Assembly (NCBI GenBank): GCA_024236195.1
Contig: JACKKZ010000002.1
Location: 10,805-74,804 of the forward strand
DNA: 64,000 bases
From: Sphingomonadaceae bacterium
Lineage (GTDB): Bacteria > Pseudomonadota > Alphaproteobacteria > Sphingomonadales > Sphingomonadaceae
Direction of reading: 5' to 3'
Position numbers and translations under genes: made by a program. Each line of letters starts with the position of its first letter. The first letter of the stretch is position 1. Shown one piece after another: positions 46,753 through 56,571 of this stretch. The notes beneath the pieces were generated by a model that was not told where the DNA came from, did no database searches, and worked only from the letters and a program-made list of their open reading frames with translations.

Positions 46753-46827
46753 TGGAGCGGGCGAAGAGATTCGAACTCTCGACCCCAACCTTGGCAAGGT
46801 TGTGCTCTACCCCTGAGCTACGCCCGC
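46753..46827 (-). tRNA. tRNA-Gly (anticodon GCC)
   Basis: The minus strand reads GCGGGCGTAGCTCAGGGGTAGAGCACAACCTTGCCAAGGTTGGGGTCGAGAGTTCGAATCTCTTCGCCCGCTCCA. This gives a 7-bp acceptor stem, D arm GCTC/GAGC, anticodon loop CTTGCCAAG, T loop TTCGAAT and an encoded CCA. Confidence 0.95.
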
Positions 46828-47036
46828 TCACTGGCGCTACCGGAAGCAGTTGTTCCGGTGGGGAGGCGCGCGGTTAGCACCGGGTTTTGTGACTCGCAAG
46901 AGGGAAATCGCACTCTCGGCTAACTCTTTTGCTCAAAGGGGACAAACCCGGCCAAATAGCCGCTTTGCCCTTCACAAATCCGCGCAAAGCCCCATGTTGC
47001 AGCTTCGGAATTTTTCGCGTTCAGGGGAATAGTGCC

Positions 47037-47948
47037 ATGGCCAGCATGGGTCTCAACATCGACGAGCAGAAGGCAGTCGACCGTTTCAAGCAGAATATCG
47101 TCGAGCCTTCGATGACCAATCTCGTCATCCTCGACTTCTGGGCGGAATGGTGCGGCCCGTGCAAGGCGCTGACCCCGGTGCTGGAAAAGGTCGCAGCGGA
47201 TTATGCGGACAAGGGTGTTGTTCTGGCCAAGGTCAATGTGGACGAAGAACAATTCATCGCGGCGCAATTCCAGGTGCGGTCCATCCCGACCGTCTATGCC
47301 ATGTTCCAGGGCCAGCCAGTGGCAGACCTGACCAATGCGCGCAGCGAATCCCAACTAAAGCAGATGCTCGACCAGCTGCTGGAAAAGCTGCCAATCCAGC
47401 CTGGCGGCGGCCAGCCGCAGCAGGATGTGTCGCAATTCCTCGTCATGGGTGAGCAGGCATTGGAAGAAGGCGATGGCGAACGGGCGGCGGGGATCTTTTC
47501 CCAGATCGTGGAAATCGCGCCGGATAGTGCGCCCGCCCATGCCGGATTGATTCGTGCACTGGTCGCTGCGGGCCATGCCGAACAGGCACAGGCTGTATAT
47601 GACGCACTCCCTGAGGGAATGGCAGGCGATGCCGCGATCCAGCAAGCCAAGAGCGCGCTCGACCTTGCCGGGACACAAGTAGACGAAGGCGAGCTGGCCA
47701 CGCTGAAAACCAAGGCTGAGGCCGACCCCACCGACATGGGTGCCCAGCTTGCCTATGCCGAGGCCGCCTATGCGGCTGGTCAGCGCGATGCAGCGGCAGA
47801 TGTGCTGCTCGCCATGGTGCAGGCGGATCGAGAATGGAATGACGGCGCCGCGCGGACCAAGCTGTTGCAGATCTTCGAGGCGGTAGGGCTGGAAGACGAT
47901 TGGGTCGTCACCACCCGCCGCCGCCTGTCCAAGATTCTGTTCGGATAA
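47037..47948 (+). CDS. thioredoxin-domain / TPR co-chaperone (YbbN/CnoX-like)
   Basis: LILDFWAEWCGPCKALTP thioredoxin motif (WCGPC), followed by a TPR-like Ala-rich C-terminal half. I take the start at the internal Met (47037). Confidence 0.85.
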   Translation: MASMGLNIDEQKAVDRFKQNIVEPSMTNLVILDFWAEWCGPCKALTPVLEKVAADYADKGVVLAKVNVDEEQFIAAQFQVRSIPTVYAMFQGQPVADLTNARSESQLKQMLDQLLEKLPIQPGGGQPQQDVSQFLVMGEQALEEGDGERAAGIFSQIVEIAPDSAPAHAGLIRALVAAGHAEQAQAVYDALPEGMAGDAAIQQAKSALDLAGTQVDEGELATLKTKAEADPTDMGAQLAYAEAAYAAGQRDAAADVLLAMVQADREWNDGAARTKLLQIFEAVGLEDDWVVTTRRRLSKILFG

Positions 47949-47955
47949 GGCATCT

Positions 47956-48561
47956 ATGCGGCTCACCATCTTCCCCCTGAGCGGCGCAGTGCTGTTTCCG
48001 GGCCTGCAATTGCCGCTGCATATCTTTGAGCCGCGCTATCGCGCGATGGTCAGCGACGCGCTGGTGAAAGACCGGTTGATTGGCATGATCCAGCCACAGC
48101 GGGCAGAAGAAGGCGCGCCGCTGTTCACCATAGGCTGCATCGGGCGCATCGGTGATGTCGAAGCGCTCGAAGATGGCCGCTATAACATCATCCTCGATGG
48201 CGAGGCGCGCTTCCGGCTGGTGCAGGAGCTCGATGTTTCCACCCCCTATCGGCAGGTGGAGGCCGAGCAGATCACCGAAGCCGAAGACGCGGTGCTGGCC
48301 AGCATCGAACGCGCCAGCCTAGAGCGGGAAGCAAAACGCTTTGCCGACGCGCAGGGTTACAGCGTCGATTGGGATTCTGTTGCCCGGCTGGACGATGAAT
48401 CGCTGGTCAACGGGGTCAGCCAGATCGCGCCTTTCGATCCGGCGGCAAAGCAAGCCCTGCTCGAAGCCCATACTCTGGGCGAACGCTGCGAATTGCTGGT
48501 GCAGTTGATGCAGTTCTTCGGGCGGCGCGACGGGGATGACGACCGGGTGACGTTGCAGTAA
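47956..48561 (+). CDS. LON N-terminal substrate-binding domain protein
   Basis: MRLTIFPLSGAVLFPGLQLPLHIFEPRYRAMV is the signature start of stand-alone LON-domain proteins. Confidence 0.85.
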   Translation: MRLTIFPLSGAVLFPGLQLPLHIFEPRYRAMVSDALVKDRLIGMIQPQRAEEGAPLFTIGCIGRIGDVEALEDGRYNIILDGEARFRLVQELDVSTPYRQVEAEQITEAEDAVLASIERASLEREAKRFADAQGYSVDWDSVARLDDESLVNGVSQIAPFDPAAKQALLEAHTLGERCELLVQLMQFFGRRDGDDDRVTLQ

Positions 48562-48703
48562 TCTTTCCGCAGGCCCACGCTCTCCGGCGTGCGAAATCCT
48601 TGTGTATGGGGCCTTTCGCACCAATTGCAGAGTTTACACTGAGTGGTTGCTTTCCAGCCGTGCAGCGCTGCGCACTGGTTTGGTGCGACAAGCGAAGCCG
48701 AAA

Positions 48704-48817
48704 CCCCTCATCCAACTGCGGCTAGCGAACAAGTTCGCAAGCCTTCATATCCTTCTCCCCTTGGGAGAAGGATGCTGGAGCTTGGCGCGCAGCGCCTAGC
48801 GAAAGCTGGATGAGGGG
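48704..48817. repeat. repeat family B, complete copy (MITE-like, ~114 bp)
   Basis: The imperfect terminal inverted repeats are CCCCTCATCCAACTGCGGCTAGCG and CGCCTAGCGAAAGCTGGATGAGGGG. The central hairpin is ATCCTTCTCCCC-TTG-GGAGAAGGAT. Confidence 0.7.
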
Positions 48818-48840
48818 CTACGCGAGAGCATTCAAAGGCG

Positions 48841-49491
48841 CTACGCAGCCGCCTCGACCAACCCAAAACCCCCGCTGATCCCGTCAATCACATATTGGAT
48901 CGCCAGCGCCGCCAGCAACACACCGAGCAAACGGGTAATCACCGCTTCCACCCGGTCACCCAGCAGGCGGATCAGCGGGGCGGCGGCGACAAGGGCAATA
49001 GCTGTCAGAAGCAACACGGCACCCAGCGCAGCGAGGACAACGAGGCTTTCCTCCGTCCCGTTTGCTTCGTTCTGCAACAGCATGACTGCCGCAATCGCGC
49101 CCGGCCCGGCAAGCATGGGCATCGCCATGGGGAATACTGACACATCCTCCACCTCTGGTGTCAGATCATTTTGCGCGTTAATCTTCTCGGCACGCTCTTC
49201 GCGCCGCTGGGTCCGTTTCTCGAACACCATTTCCAGCGCGATCAGGAACAGCATGATCCCGCCGGCAATGCGGAAGCTGTCCAGCTCGATATGCAGCGCA
49301 TTCAGCAAGTCCTGCCCGAACAGCGCAAAGATCACGAGGATGACGGCGGCAATGATCGTCGCGCGAATTGCCATCACCCGGCTCTGTTGCGGGCTCGCCC
49401 CGTGGGTCAACCCCGCATAGATCGGGGCGCAACCGGGCGGGTCAATCACCACGAACAGCGTGACAAAGGCGGAGAGGAACAGTTCGACCAT
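48841..49491 (-). CDS. MarC-family (UPF0056) integral membrane protein
   Basis: The N-terminus LFLSAFVTLFVVIDPPGCAPIY is diagnostic of the family. The protein has 6 TM segments. Confidence 0.85.
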   Translation of the reverse strand: MVELFLSAFVTLFVVIDPPGCAPIYAGLTHGASPQQSRVMAIRATIIAAVILVIFALFGQDLLNALHIELDSFRIAGGIMLFLIALEMVFEKRTQRREERAEKINAQNDLTPEVEDVSVFPMAMPMLAGPGAIAAVMLLQNEANGTEESLVVLAALGAVLLLTAIALVAAAPLIRLLGDRVEAVITRLLGVLLAALAIQYVIDGISGGFGLVEAAA

Positions 49492-49494
49492 GGC

Positions 49495-50301
49495 CTATTT
49501 CCCTGCCGCTGGGACAGTGTGGGACAAGGCCTGTGCCCATTGGCCGTCTTGGAGGTAGATCGCCGAGAATTTGCGCGTTCCGTCCGGCAACTGGCCCCAG
49601 CGCCATTGAAGGGTGCCGTCTTTGGAGCTGGTATATTTGAACTGCATGTCGGGTGAGCTGATAGTCAGTCCCCCGGCAGAACCCGGTACTTCGGGAATGG
49701 TTTCGCCCTTCGCGCATTGGGCGACATTGCCTTCGATGAAATTATAGGCCTCGACGAGGATGGCATTGTCCTCGCCTTGCGCCGTTTGCTCTGCCAGTCG
49801 CTTCTGCTCGGCCCGGGTCAACTCCGCATCGGGCCAGCCGAAATCATAGACATATTTATACTCGCCATCGCCTTGCCGTTCCCAGACAGTGACGAAATAG
49901 CCGAATTGTCCCTCCGGCTCGGCAAAGCGACCAAAGGATACAACCGTGCCACCGTCACAGCTGGACCATACGGCGCGCGGTGCCCATTGCACGGATTTGG
50001 GCGGGTCCAGCTTCCCTTCCAGCCACGGCAAGGCCTCTATCGGGCCGCCCTGCCCATGCAGAACCGCGCCGGGCGCGGCGAAAGCACGAAAGGCGGTCCA
50101 TTGCCCTTCTTCCCGCGCCATGCGCGCAAAAGCGAGCTCGCGCGCTACGACAGCACTGGGATTGGCCGTTTCCGGAAGCTTCATCGCAGGCGCACCGCGC
50201 GCGCTGCGCTGGCCACCCTGCCCGCCCCCCGCAGTGCTGCAGCCAGCAAGGAGGAGAAGCGGGATCAAGGCCGGGATCAGGGCATGGGATAGGCGGGTCA
50301 T
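49495..50301 (-). CDS. lipoprotein of unknown function
   Basis: Lipobox LLLLAGC. Host-like codon usage. No family recognised. Confidence 0.6.
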   Translation of the reverse strand: MTRLSHALIPALIPLLLLAGCSTAGGGQGGQRSARGAPAMKLPETANPSAVVARELAFARMAREEGQWTAFRAFAAPGAVLHGQGGPIEALPWLEGKLDPPKSVQWAPRAVWSSCDGGTVVSFGRFAEPEGQFGYFVTVWERQGDGEYKYVYDFGWPDAELTRAEQKRLAEQTAQGEDNAILVEAYNFIEGNVAQCAKGETIPEVPGSAGGLTISSPDMQFKYTSSKDGTLQWRWGQLPDGTRKFSAIYLQDGQWAQALSHTVPAAGK

Positions 50302-50364
50302 GCGCCGCTTCTAGCTGCGCACTCACCCGCTGCCAATCCTGGTTTCAGCGGCAACCGCCTGCGA

Positions 50365-51258
50365 TCAGAGATCAGCCGGAACGGCCAGCCCTTCATTGCG
50401 ATGTGCAGCGACCAGCGCGTTGCGCAGCAGCACGGCGATAGTCATCGGGCCTACACCACCGGGGACCGGGGTGATTGCGCCTGCCACTTCGCGGGCGCTG
50501 GTAAAATCGACATCACCCACCAGTCGGCCCTTGTCCTTGCCCGGTTCCGGATCAAGGCGGTTGATGCCGACGTCGATCACGGTCGCACCGGGCTTGATCC
50601 AGTCACCCTTGACCATTTCCGGGCGGCCGACAGCGGCCACGACAATGTCGGCCCGACGGACGACATCGGGCAGGTCCTTGGTGCGACTATGCGCGATAGT
50701 GACAGTGGCGTTGGCATCGGTGAGGAGCTGCGCCATCGGCTTGCCGACAATGTTGGAGCGACCGACCACGACAGCTTCAAGGCCGGAAAGATCGCCCAGC
50801 CGGTCCTTCAGCAGCATCAGGCAGCCGAGCGGAGTGCACGGCACGAAGCCTTCCTGTCCAACCGACAAGCGCCCGGCGTTGATGATGTGGAAGCCGTCCA
50901 CATCCTTGTCCGGGCTGATCGCGCTGATCACGGTCTGCTCGTCAAGATGGCCGGGGAGCGGCAACTGGCAGAGGATACCGTCGACGGCGGGGTCATTGTT
51001 GAGCTGGTCCACCAGCGCGAGCAGCGTTGCTTCGTCCGTATCGGCGGGCAGGCGGTGCTCGAAGCTTTTCATCCCGGAGTCCACGGTCGCCTTGTGCTTG
51101 GACCGCACATAGACCTGGCTGGCCGGATCTTCGCCGACCAGCACCACCGCAAGCCCTGCCTTGCGGCCTGCTGCAACTTCAAACGATGCGGCAATCGTGC
51201 CGACTTTCTTCCGCAAGCCTTCTGCGAAGGCCTTACCGTCAATCAATTGTGCGCTCAT
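50365..51258 (-). CDS. folD: bifunctional methylenetetrahydrofolate dehydrogenase/cyclohydrolase
   Basis: [12 protein letters not shown]..., [26 protein letters not shown] and [17 protein letters not shown] are canonical FolD blocks. Confidence 0.95.
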   Translation of the reverse strand: MSAQLIDGKAFAEGLRKKVGTIAASFEVAAGRKAGLAVVLVGEDPASQVYVRSKHKATVDSGMKSFEHRLPADTDEATLLALVDQLNNDPAVDGILCQLPLPGHLDEQTVISAISPDKDVDGFHIINAGRLSVGQEGFVPCTPLGCLMLLKDRLGDLSGLEAVVVGRSNIVGKPMAQLLTDANATVTIAHSRTKDLPDVVRRADIVVAAVGRPEMVKGDWIKPGATVIDVGINRLDPEPGKDKGRLVGDVDFTSAREVAGAITPVPGGVGPMTIAVLLRNALVAAHRNEGLAVPADL

Positions 51259-51548
51259 GAATAGGTAATCGCCAAATTTGTAACCACGATCTGCAGGATG
51301 GTCAGGCCAATAATCAGGACCAGCGGCGAGAAATCAATCGCACCAGTGCTGGGCATGATCCGCCGGATCGGGTTGAGCACGGGTGCTAATACCGCGTCAA
51401 TCGAGCGATAGACCTGCATAATGAAGTCGTTGCTGGAATTGATCACGTTGAAGGCAAACAGCAGCCCGATCACGAACTGCACAATGATCAGCATGACAAG
51501 GACGTTGATGAGCACGTCCAGTATCTGCGCGATGGTTATGAGGACCAA
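51255..51548 (-). CDS. YggT-family membrane protein
   Basis: 97-aa protein with 2-3 TM segments, containing ...[24 protein letters not shown]. There is a 4-nt overlap with the folD start. Confidence 0.8.
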   Translation of the reverse strand: MVLITIAQILDVLINVLVMLIIVQFVIGLLFAFNVINSSNDFIMQVYRSIDAVLAPVLNPIRRIMPSTGAIDFSPLVLIIGLTILQIVVTNLAITYS

Positions 51549-51650
51549 GGTTCTTCCTTTCGTCGGCTGCGTTTGCCGCCACCCTGTTTATACAAGCCCT
51601 AGCCGAGCAAGCAGCGGTGTATCAACCACCCAATACGGATCGCGCCGCTT

Positions 51651-52556
51651 TCAAGCATCCCCTGCGCGGATCAGCGTACCAGCGCCGCGTGCGGTGAAGA
51701 ATTCCAGCAGCATCGCATGCGGCACGCGACCGTCGAGAACAACGGCTGCTTCACAACCTGCCTCCACCGCGTGGACGCAGGTTTCCAGCTTCGGGATCAT
51801 CCCGCCGCTGATCGTGCCATCTTCCCGCAGCCCGGCGATATCCGCCGGGGTCAGGTCCGTCAGCAAATTGCCCTCTTTATCCAGCACGCCCTTCACATCG
51901 GTCAGCAGGAATAGCCGCGCTGCACCCAATGCCGCAGCAATCGCACCCGCCATCGTGTCTGCATTGATGTTATAGGTATGCCCGTCCTCACCCGCACCAA
52001 TCGGCGCGACAATCGGGATCATCCCGGCTGCCACAGCCGTATCGAGGATGGTCGTGTCCACCTTGCTCGGCTCGCCTACAAAACCCAGGTCAATCGCCTG
52101 TTCGATATTGCTTTCCGGGTCCTTGGTCGAGCGTTGGACCTTGGTCGCGGTGACGAGGCCTGCATCCTTGCCCGAGATCCCCAGCGCCTTGCCTCCGGCA
52201 TTGGCGATCCAGCTGACCAGCTGCTTGTTTATCGCGCCCGACAGGACCATTTCCGCGACTTCGGCGGTCGCCTTGTCCGTCACCCGCAGCCCGTCAACAA
52301 AGGTGCTTTCCACGCCCAGCTTCTTGAGCATCGCGCCGATCTGCGGGCCGCCGCCATGGACCACCACCGGGTTGATCCCGACAGCTTTGAGCAGCACGAT
52401 ATCTTCGGCAAAATCCTCTGCCGCCTCGGGGTCGCCCATCGCATGGCCGCCATATTTGACCACGAAAGTGCGCCCGGCATAGCGCTGGAAATAGGGCAGC
52501 GCCTCGATCAGCACTTCTGCCTTGGCCAGCATCTTCGAATCCTGCGTATTGCCCAT
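51651..52556 (-). CDS. argB: acetylglutamate kinase
   Basis: [21 protein letters not shown] and [16 protein letters not shown] are canonical ArgB blocks. Confidence 0.95.
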   Translation of the reverse strand: MGNTQDSKMLAKAEVLIEALPYFQRYAGRTFVVKYGGHAMGDPEAAEDFAEDIVLLKAVGINPVVVHGGGPQIGAMLKKLGVESTFVDGLRVTDKATAEVAEMVLSGAINKQLVSWIANAGGKALGISGKDAGLVTATKVQRSTKDPESNIEQAIDLGFVGEPSKVDTTILDTAVAAGMIPIVAPIGAGEDGHTYNINADTMAGAIAAALGAARLFLLTDVKGVLDKEGNLLTDLTPADIAGLREDGTISGGMIPKLETCVHAVEAGCEAAVVLDGRVPHAMLLEFFTARGAGTLIRAGDA

Positions 52557-52689
52557 AATTGTATCCTTGCGCGCCGGGATGGCTGCGGCGCTTAGCGATT
52601 CGTTCGCGATTGGGGAAGCGCTAGGGGAGATTCCCTAGGGGCGAAACCGGAATAGGGGAAAATCACTCGGCCAGCGACAGTACTGAGCG

Positions 52690-53124
52690 ATGCGCGCCAC
52701 CCTCGCCTTGCTGCTTGCCCTGTTCCTGCTGCTTCCTCCATCGGCACATGCGCAGCAAGCAGGAGGAGCCCGCTTTGTCCCCTGCAATAGCGGGCCGCGC
52801 ATCACTTGCGTTGTCGATGGCGATACATTCTGGCTGGACGGCACCAAGATCCGCATTGCCGATATCAACACACCCGAAACCAGCCGCCCGGCCTGCCCCC
52901 ATGAAGCAGAGTTGGGCCGCCGCGCCACATGGCGGCTGCTGGACCTGCTCAATGATGGTCCTTTCACCCTCGCCCGTCAGGGGCGTGATGAAGACCGTTA
53001 CGGGCGCAAACTGCGCGTGGTCATGCGCGATGGCCAATCGCTGGGCCAAGTGCTGGTCGCAGAGGGGCTGGCGGAACTGTGGCAGGGCCAGCGTGGAGAT
53101 TGGTGCGTGGCAAATCGCTCCTGA
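52690..53124 (+). CDS. secreted thermonuclease (SNase-like) family protein
   Basis: Signal peptide, then CVVDGDTFWLDGTKIRIADINTPE ... GRDEDRYGRKLRVV. Confidence 0.8.
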   Translation: MRATLALLLALFLLLPPSAHAQQAGGARFVPCNSGPRITCVVDGDTFWLDGTKIRIADINTPETSRPACPHEAELGRRATWRLLDLLNDGPFTLARQGRDEDRYGRKLRVVMRDGQSLGQVLVAEGLAELWQGQRGDWCVANRS

Positions 53125-53218
53125 GCTACGCATTTCACAGATTCTGCTCACAAAATTTCTTCGGATTCGCAACTATTGGAAGAATATGCTATGATCTCCT
53201 CCTAGATTGGAATGAAAC

Positions 53219-53659
53219 GTGGCCAGTGAGATCCGCAGCAAGCTCGCAGCCGCCTATGCGGCTTGGCATGAAAGCCGGGGCACCACCCCGCAGCACTTCT
53301 TTGCCTTGATGGCTGACGATATACTGGTTCATTCGATCCTCGAAAATTCTTTTGCGGGCGAGCCGCTGGGGCGGAGCTTTTCGGGCCGGTCAGAGGTGCT
53401 GACCTATTATGCTGTCCTTGCGGAGGGGTGGGAAATGGTCAGTGCGACCACTGATTCCATCCTGGCCGAGGGCAATCGCGCGGTCTGGATCGGCCGTGCC
53501 TGCTGGCGCAGCCGCAAGACGCTGAAGCAGATGGACAGCCCCAAGGTCGACCTCTGGACCTTCAATAGCGAGGGCAAGGCGACCGAGCTGTTCGAGATGT
53601 ATGACAGCTATCCCTATGCCGTGCTGTCGGGACGTATTCCTGCGCCAGAGCAGAGTTAA
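53219..53659 (+). CDS. NTF2/SnoaL-like fold protein
   Basis: 146 aa with a GTG start. The size and the alternating hydrophobic pattern fit the SnoaL-like fold. This is a weak assignment made by eye. Confidence 0.5.
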   Translation: MASEIRSKLAAAYAAWHESRGTTPQHFFALMADDILVHSILENSFAGEPLGRSFSGRSEVLTYYAVLAEGWEMVSATTDSILAEGNRAVWIGRACWRSRKTLKQMDSPKVDLWTFNSEGKATELFEMYDSYPYAVLSGRIPAPEQS

Positions 53660-53745
53660 CCTGCTGGCAAGATCTCGCTGCGATTATGCGCGATGGCCCT
53701 GAGTAGCATGTCCACCGGACATCGCCGGGCCAGTGGAGACGCACC

Positions 53746-53901
53746 ATGGCCCAGTTGGACGGGCAGGCAGGCGGCAAACGCAGCGGCAGTGATCGGCGCG
53801 CAAGCGACCGGCGCGTGGCCGATATGCCGTTTGAAGGGCCGGATCGCCGCAAGGGTGACCGCCGTTCAGGCAAGGACCGCCGCGAACAAGCCGGCCACTA
53901 A
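53746..53901 (+). CDS. small Arg/Asp-rich protein (51 aa)
   Basis: It falls below the ORF-track length cutoff. A GGAGA SD lies 6 nt upstream of the ATG. The sequence is MAQLDGQAGGKRSGSDRRASDRRVADMPFEGPDRRKGDRRSGKDRREQAGH, with repeated DRR motifs. Whether it is coding is unproven. Confidence 0.3.
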   Translation: MAQLDGQAGGKRSGSDRRASDRRVADMPFEGPDRRKGDRRSGKDRREQAGH

Positions 53902-53991
53902 GGCACTTTTGCCCTTTACCGGAATTTTACCCCCTCGACCCATTGGCGAGGGGCCGCTAGCTTGCGGGCAATTCATGGACGGGGCCAAGAC

Positions 53992-54378
53992 ATGACTGAA
54001 CAACCACAGGAATCCACACCGACGCCGCAGCCGCCGGCACCCGGTAGTTTCGACCTGAACCAGCCGACCGTGGTTGCGCTGCTCTATATCGCGTCGTTCT
54101 TTTCGGGCGGCCTGACCAACCTTGTCGGGGTGGTTCTGGCCTATATCTGGAAAGGCCAGCCCAAGGCAGAGTGGGAAGCCAGCCATTACGAATATTCCAT
54201 CCGCACTTTCTGGCTCGGCTTTGGCCTTTCGATCATCGGCATTTTCCTGTCGATCATCGGGATCGGCATCCTGATCATCTTCGGCGCGCTGGTGCTGGTG
54301 ATCGTCCGCGCCGTGCTGTCCATGCTCAAGGCGCAGAAGCATGAGCCGATGCCCAATCCCGGCAGCTGGACCATCTGA
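53992..54378 (+). CDS. small membrane protein (DUF4870-like)
   Basis: A Pro/Gln-rich N-terminus is followed by TM segments VVALLYIASFFSGGLTNLVGVVLAYIW and FWLGFGLSIIGIFLSIIGIGILIIFGALVLVIV. Confidence 0.7.
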   Translation: MTEQPQESTPTPQPPAPGSFDLNQPTVVALLYIASFFSGGLTNLVGVVLAYIWKGQPKAEWEASHYEYSIRTFWLGFGLSIIGIFLSIIGIGILIIFGALVLVIVRAVLSMLKAQKHEPMPNPGSWTI

Positions 54379-54500
54379 ACAAGCTTCCCAAACCCGCCCG
54401 TTTTGATCGCAAGTGGCAGCGTCAGAGAAGGCTGAAGCGCGCCTGGCGTCGGCTGGCGCCATTCCTCGCCCTCGCGCTGTTCGGGGCGCTGGGCTGGTGT

Positions 54501-54914
54501 GTGTGGCAGCTGCCCTCCAGCGGCGGTGACTGGCAGGAAAGCAGCACGCGTTTCACGCTGTGCGGGGAGAAAGGCTCTGGTCAATGCGTGATTGATGGCG
54601 ACACGCTCGCCATCGGTCGGCGCAAGGTCAGGCTGGCTGGCTATGACGCACCGGAGCTGGACGGGGCCTGCGAGGCCGAGCGCAAGCTGGCCCAGCGTGC
54701 AAAGGCCGAACTGCGCGACTGGCTCAATGCTGCGCCCTATGCACTGGATGGCGGGGATGACCCGCCGCGCGACAAATATGGCCGGGAGCTGCGCAGTGCG
54801 CGCAGGATGGTGGACGGCAAGGAAGAATGGCTGGCCGACCACATGATCGGCGCAGGGCTGGCGCGCGACAATGGCTGGGGCGCAGGCCCCGCGCGCTGGT
54901 GTGAACAACAATGA
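54501..54914 (+). CDS. thermonuclease (SNase-like) family protein, start uncertain
   Basis: CVIDGDTLAIGRRKVRLAGYDAPE ... RDKYGRELRS. The in-frame upstream codons (54378..54500) encode a basic stretch plus TM anchor (RRLAPFLALALFGALGWCVW), but there is no ATG, GTG or TTG. Confidence 0.7.
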   Translation: MWQLPSSGGDWQESSTRFTLCGEKGSGQCVIDGDTLAIGRRKVRLAGYDAPELDGACEAERKLAQRAKAELRDWLNAAPYALDGGDDPPRDKYGRELRSARRMVDGKEEWLADHMIGAGLARDNGWGAGPARWCEQQ

Positions 54915-55053
54915 AGCCCCTCCTCTTTAGGGGAGGGGTTGGGGTGGGGGCTGTCAGGGTGCTGCCTGCCAACCACACGCCCCACCCCACTGCGACCAGG
55001 CCCTGCTATGCAGGACCAAGTCTCATTGCCTCCCCTAAAGGCGGAGGGGCCTT
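54914..55053. repeat. GC-rich palindromic repeat, family A, copy 2 (inverted relative to copy 1)
   Basis: AAGCCCCTCCTCTTTAGGGGAGGGGTTGGGGTGGGGGCTGTC... aligns with the reverse complement of 37722..37857 through to its far end. Confidence 0.8.
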
Positions 55054-55061
55054 AAACCGAG

Positions 55062-55217
55062 CTAGCCTTGCGCAGCTTTCGCTTCGGATGCCAGCTGGCG
55101 TTGCAGCACGGCAATCCGCTCACGCTCGCGCGTCCAGGCCTTTTCCGGATGGGCAGACACCTGATCGAGCAGCATGCGCAATTCCTGCTCGCGATCGGCA
55201 TGGGTTACGGGTTGCAT
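55062..55217 (-). CDS. small hypothetical protein (51 aa)
   Basis: MQPVTHADREQELRMLLDQVSAHPEKAWTRERERIAVLQRQLASEAKAAQG is preceded by a strong GAGAGGAGAG SD. The longer 119-aa ORF start is rejected. Confidence 0.45.
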   Translation of the reverse strand: MQPVTHADREQELRMLLDQVSAHPEKAWTRERERIAVLQRQLASEAKAAQG

Positions 55218-55306
55218 GGCGACTCTCCTCTCAATCACTCGATAGGGCGAGTATAGCACAAGCGGATGTGCGCCATTTGACTGGGCGCAAGGTAGATTCG
55301 ACGGGC

Positions 55307-55798
55307 CTATTCTTCCCAGCCGAAGCCGCGGCGCAATTGCTCTGCCTGCGCGGGCGGCATGCGCTGCATCAGCACCGCGACGGTGCGATAGCCATGGGCC
55401 TTGCCATCGGCATCCCACCATGCCCAGTCGCTGACTTCGGAGAGCGGCACCTCCACCCGGTCACCTTGCTGCCAGCCTTCCAGCATGGGGACATTGGCGA
55501 GCCGACCGCTCAGTACATCCCCATTGCGGGTTACCCCGCCGACCCAGATATGTTCAAAACCCTCCAGCGGGAATTTGAAGGCAAAGCCGCCCGATCCTTC
55601 CGGCGGGTCTGCCAGCAGGGCGAGCCATTCGGGCAAGGTCGCCTGCGCTTGTGCAATCGCCGCGTTCATTTCCGGGTCTTGCGCCTCGACCATGGTGATC
55701 GGGTCATGCTCGCGGCCGGGCGTGTTGTTATTGTCTTGCGCGGCGAGCTGCAGGGCAGGCCATGCGAGCAGCAGTGCGGCAAGGAGGGCGCGACGCAT
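55307..55798 (-). CDS. secreted DUF2314-like protein
   Basis: Signal peptide MRRALLAALLLAWPALQLAA, then FAFKFPLEGFEHIWVGGVTRNGDVLSGRLANVP. Confidence 0.7.
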   Translation of the reverse strand: MRRALLAALLLAWPALQLAAQDNNNTPGREHDPITMVEAQDPEMNAAIAQAQATLPEWLALLADPPEGSGGFAFKFPLEGFEHIWVGGVTRNGDVLSGRLANVPMLEGWQQGDRVEVPLSEVSDWAWWDADGKAHGYRTVAVLMQRMPPAQAEQLRRGFGWEE

Positions 55799-56247
55799 CA
55801 CGGTGCCTCGATGGTAAAGCCGGGCACGGGCCGGGTTTCGACAAAGCCGCGATGATACATGTCCATCACCACATTCACGGTCTTTTCCTGCCCGTCTGCG
55901 CCCACGCAGGTCACGCGGTAATTGTCGACGATATTGCCATAGACGCCGGGACCGAGATTGCCGGAGCGAGTGAAGGCGGGCGCGCTGCCATCCGCGCATT
56001 TGAGCCGTCCGAGATAGGCGCGCTGGCCCTGCGGCATGGCGGCGCGCACGGGGTTTTCGCGGCTGCCCAGCGGATAGGCAGAGGCCGCCACCATCGCCTC
56101 TTCCAGCTCCTTGCCCTGCAGCACGGACTGGCCGGATAGCATCCGGTTGAGGATCAAATCATCGCTGGCATTCCCGGCCGGAGCGGTCGTGGCACAGCCC
56201 GCCAATGCCGCGCCGAGCGCTGCCGCCAGTATCATTCGAAGTCGCAT
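55798..56247 (-). CDS. lipoprotein of unknown function
   Basis: Lipobox GAALAGC. The stop overlaps the start of the downstream gene. Confidence 0.65.
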   Translation of the reverse strand: MRLRMILAAALGAALAGCATTAPAGNASDDLILNRMLSGQSVLQGKELEEAMVAASAYPLGSRENPVRAAMPQGQRAYLGRLKCADGSAPAFTRSGNLGPGVYGNIVDNYRVTCVGADGQEKTVNVVMDMYHRGFVETRPVPGFTIEAP

Positions 56248-56340
56248 GGGTAATCCTCCCTCCCGTCAGGCAGGGAAGAGTGCACGAAGCGAGCGGGAAG
56301 ACAAGCGCTTTCCGGGCGTTACACCGAAAGTCGCCAGCCC

Positions 56341-56571
56341 CTATTCAGCGGGGGCTTCCTCGCCTTCGGGTGCGACCGGTGTCATTTCCGTTTCCGGCAC
56401 ATCCACCGGCACGGCTGCCGGATCAACATCCGACACAATCAGCTCGCCGCCGCTTTCATCGGTGGCGTCAGCTTCATAGGTCGGCTCTTCCGCCTGCTGC
56501 GAACAGGCAGTAAGCGCGAGCGCCCCGGCAAGCGGCAGCGCGACAAGGGCGGTTTTGCGGAAAGCGGACAT
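56341..56571 (-). CDS. small acidic lipoprotein
   Basis: Internal Met start, lipobox LALTAC, and a Glu/Asp/Pro-rich mature part. Confidence 0.55.
   Translation of the reverse strand: MSAFRKTALVALPLAGALALTACSQQAEEPTYEADATDESGGELIVSDVDPAAVPVDVPETEMTPVAPEGEEAPAE

Noticed and set aside
46567-47036. I checked tRNA-Gly as a possible integration hotspot, looking for an integrase, an att duplication or an island next to it.
   Set aside because: No integrase-like ORF, no duplicated tRNA 3' segment and no GC shift are visible on either side. The flanking genes (TonB-dependent receptor, thioredoxin-TPR chaperone) look native.
37722-55053. I considered whether the recurring GC-rich hairpin units (families A and B and related) could be a CRISPR array.
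   Set aside because: The copies are dispersed kilobases apart and in both orientations. They are internally palindromic, are not separated by regular 25-40-bp unique spacers, and no cas genes are present.
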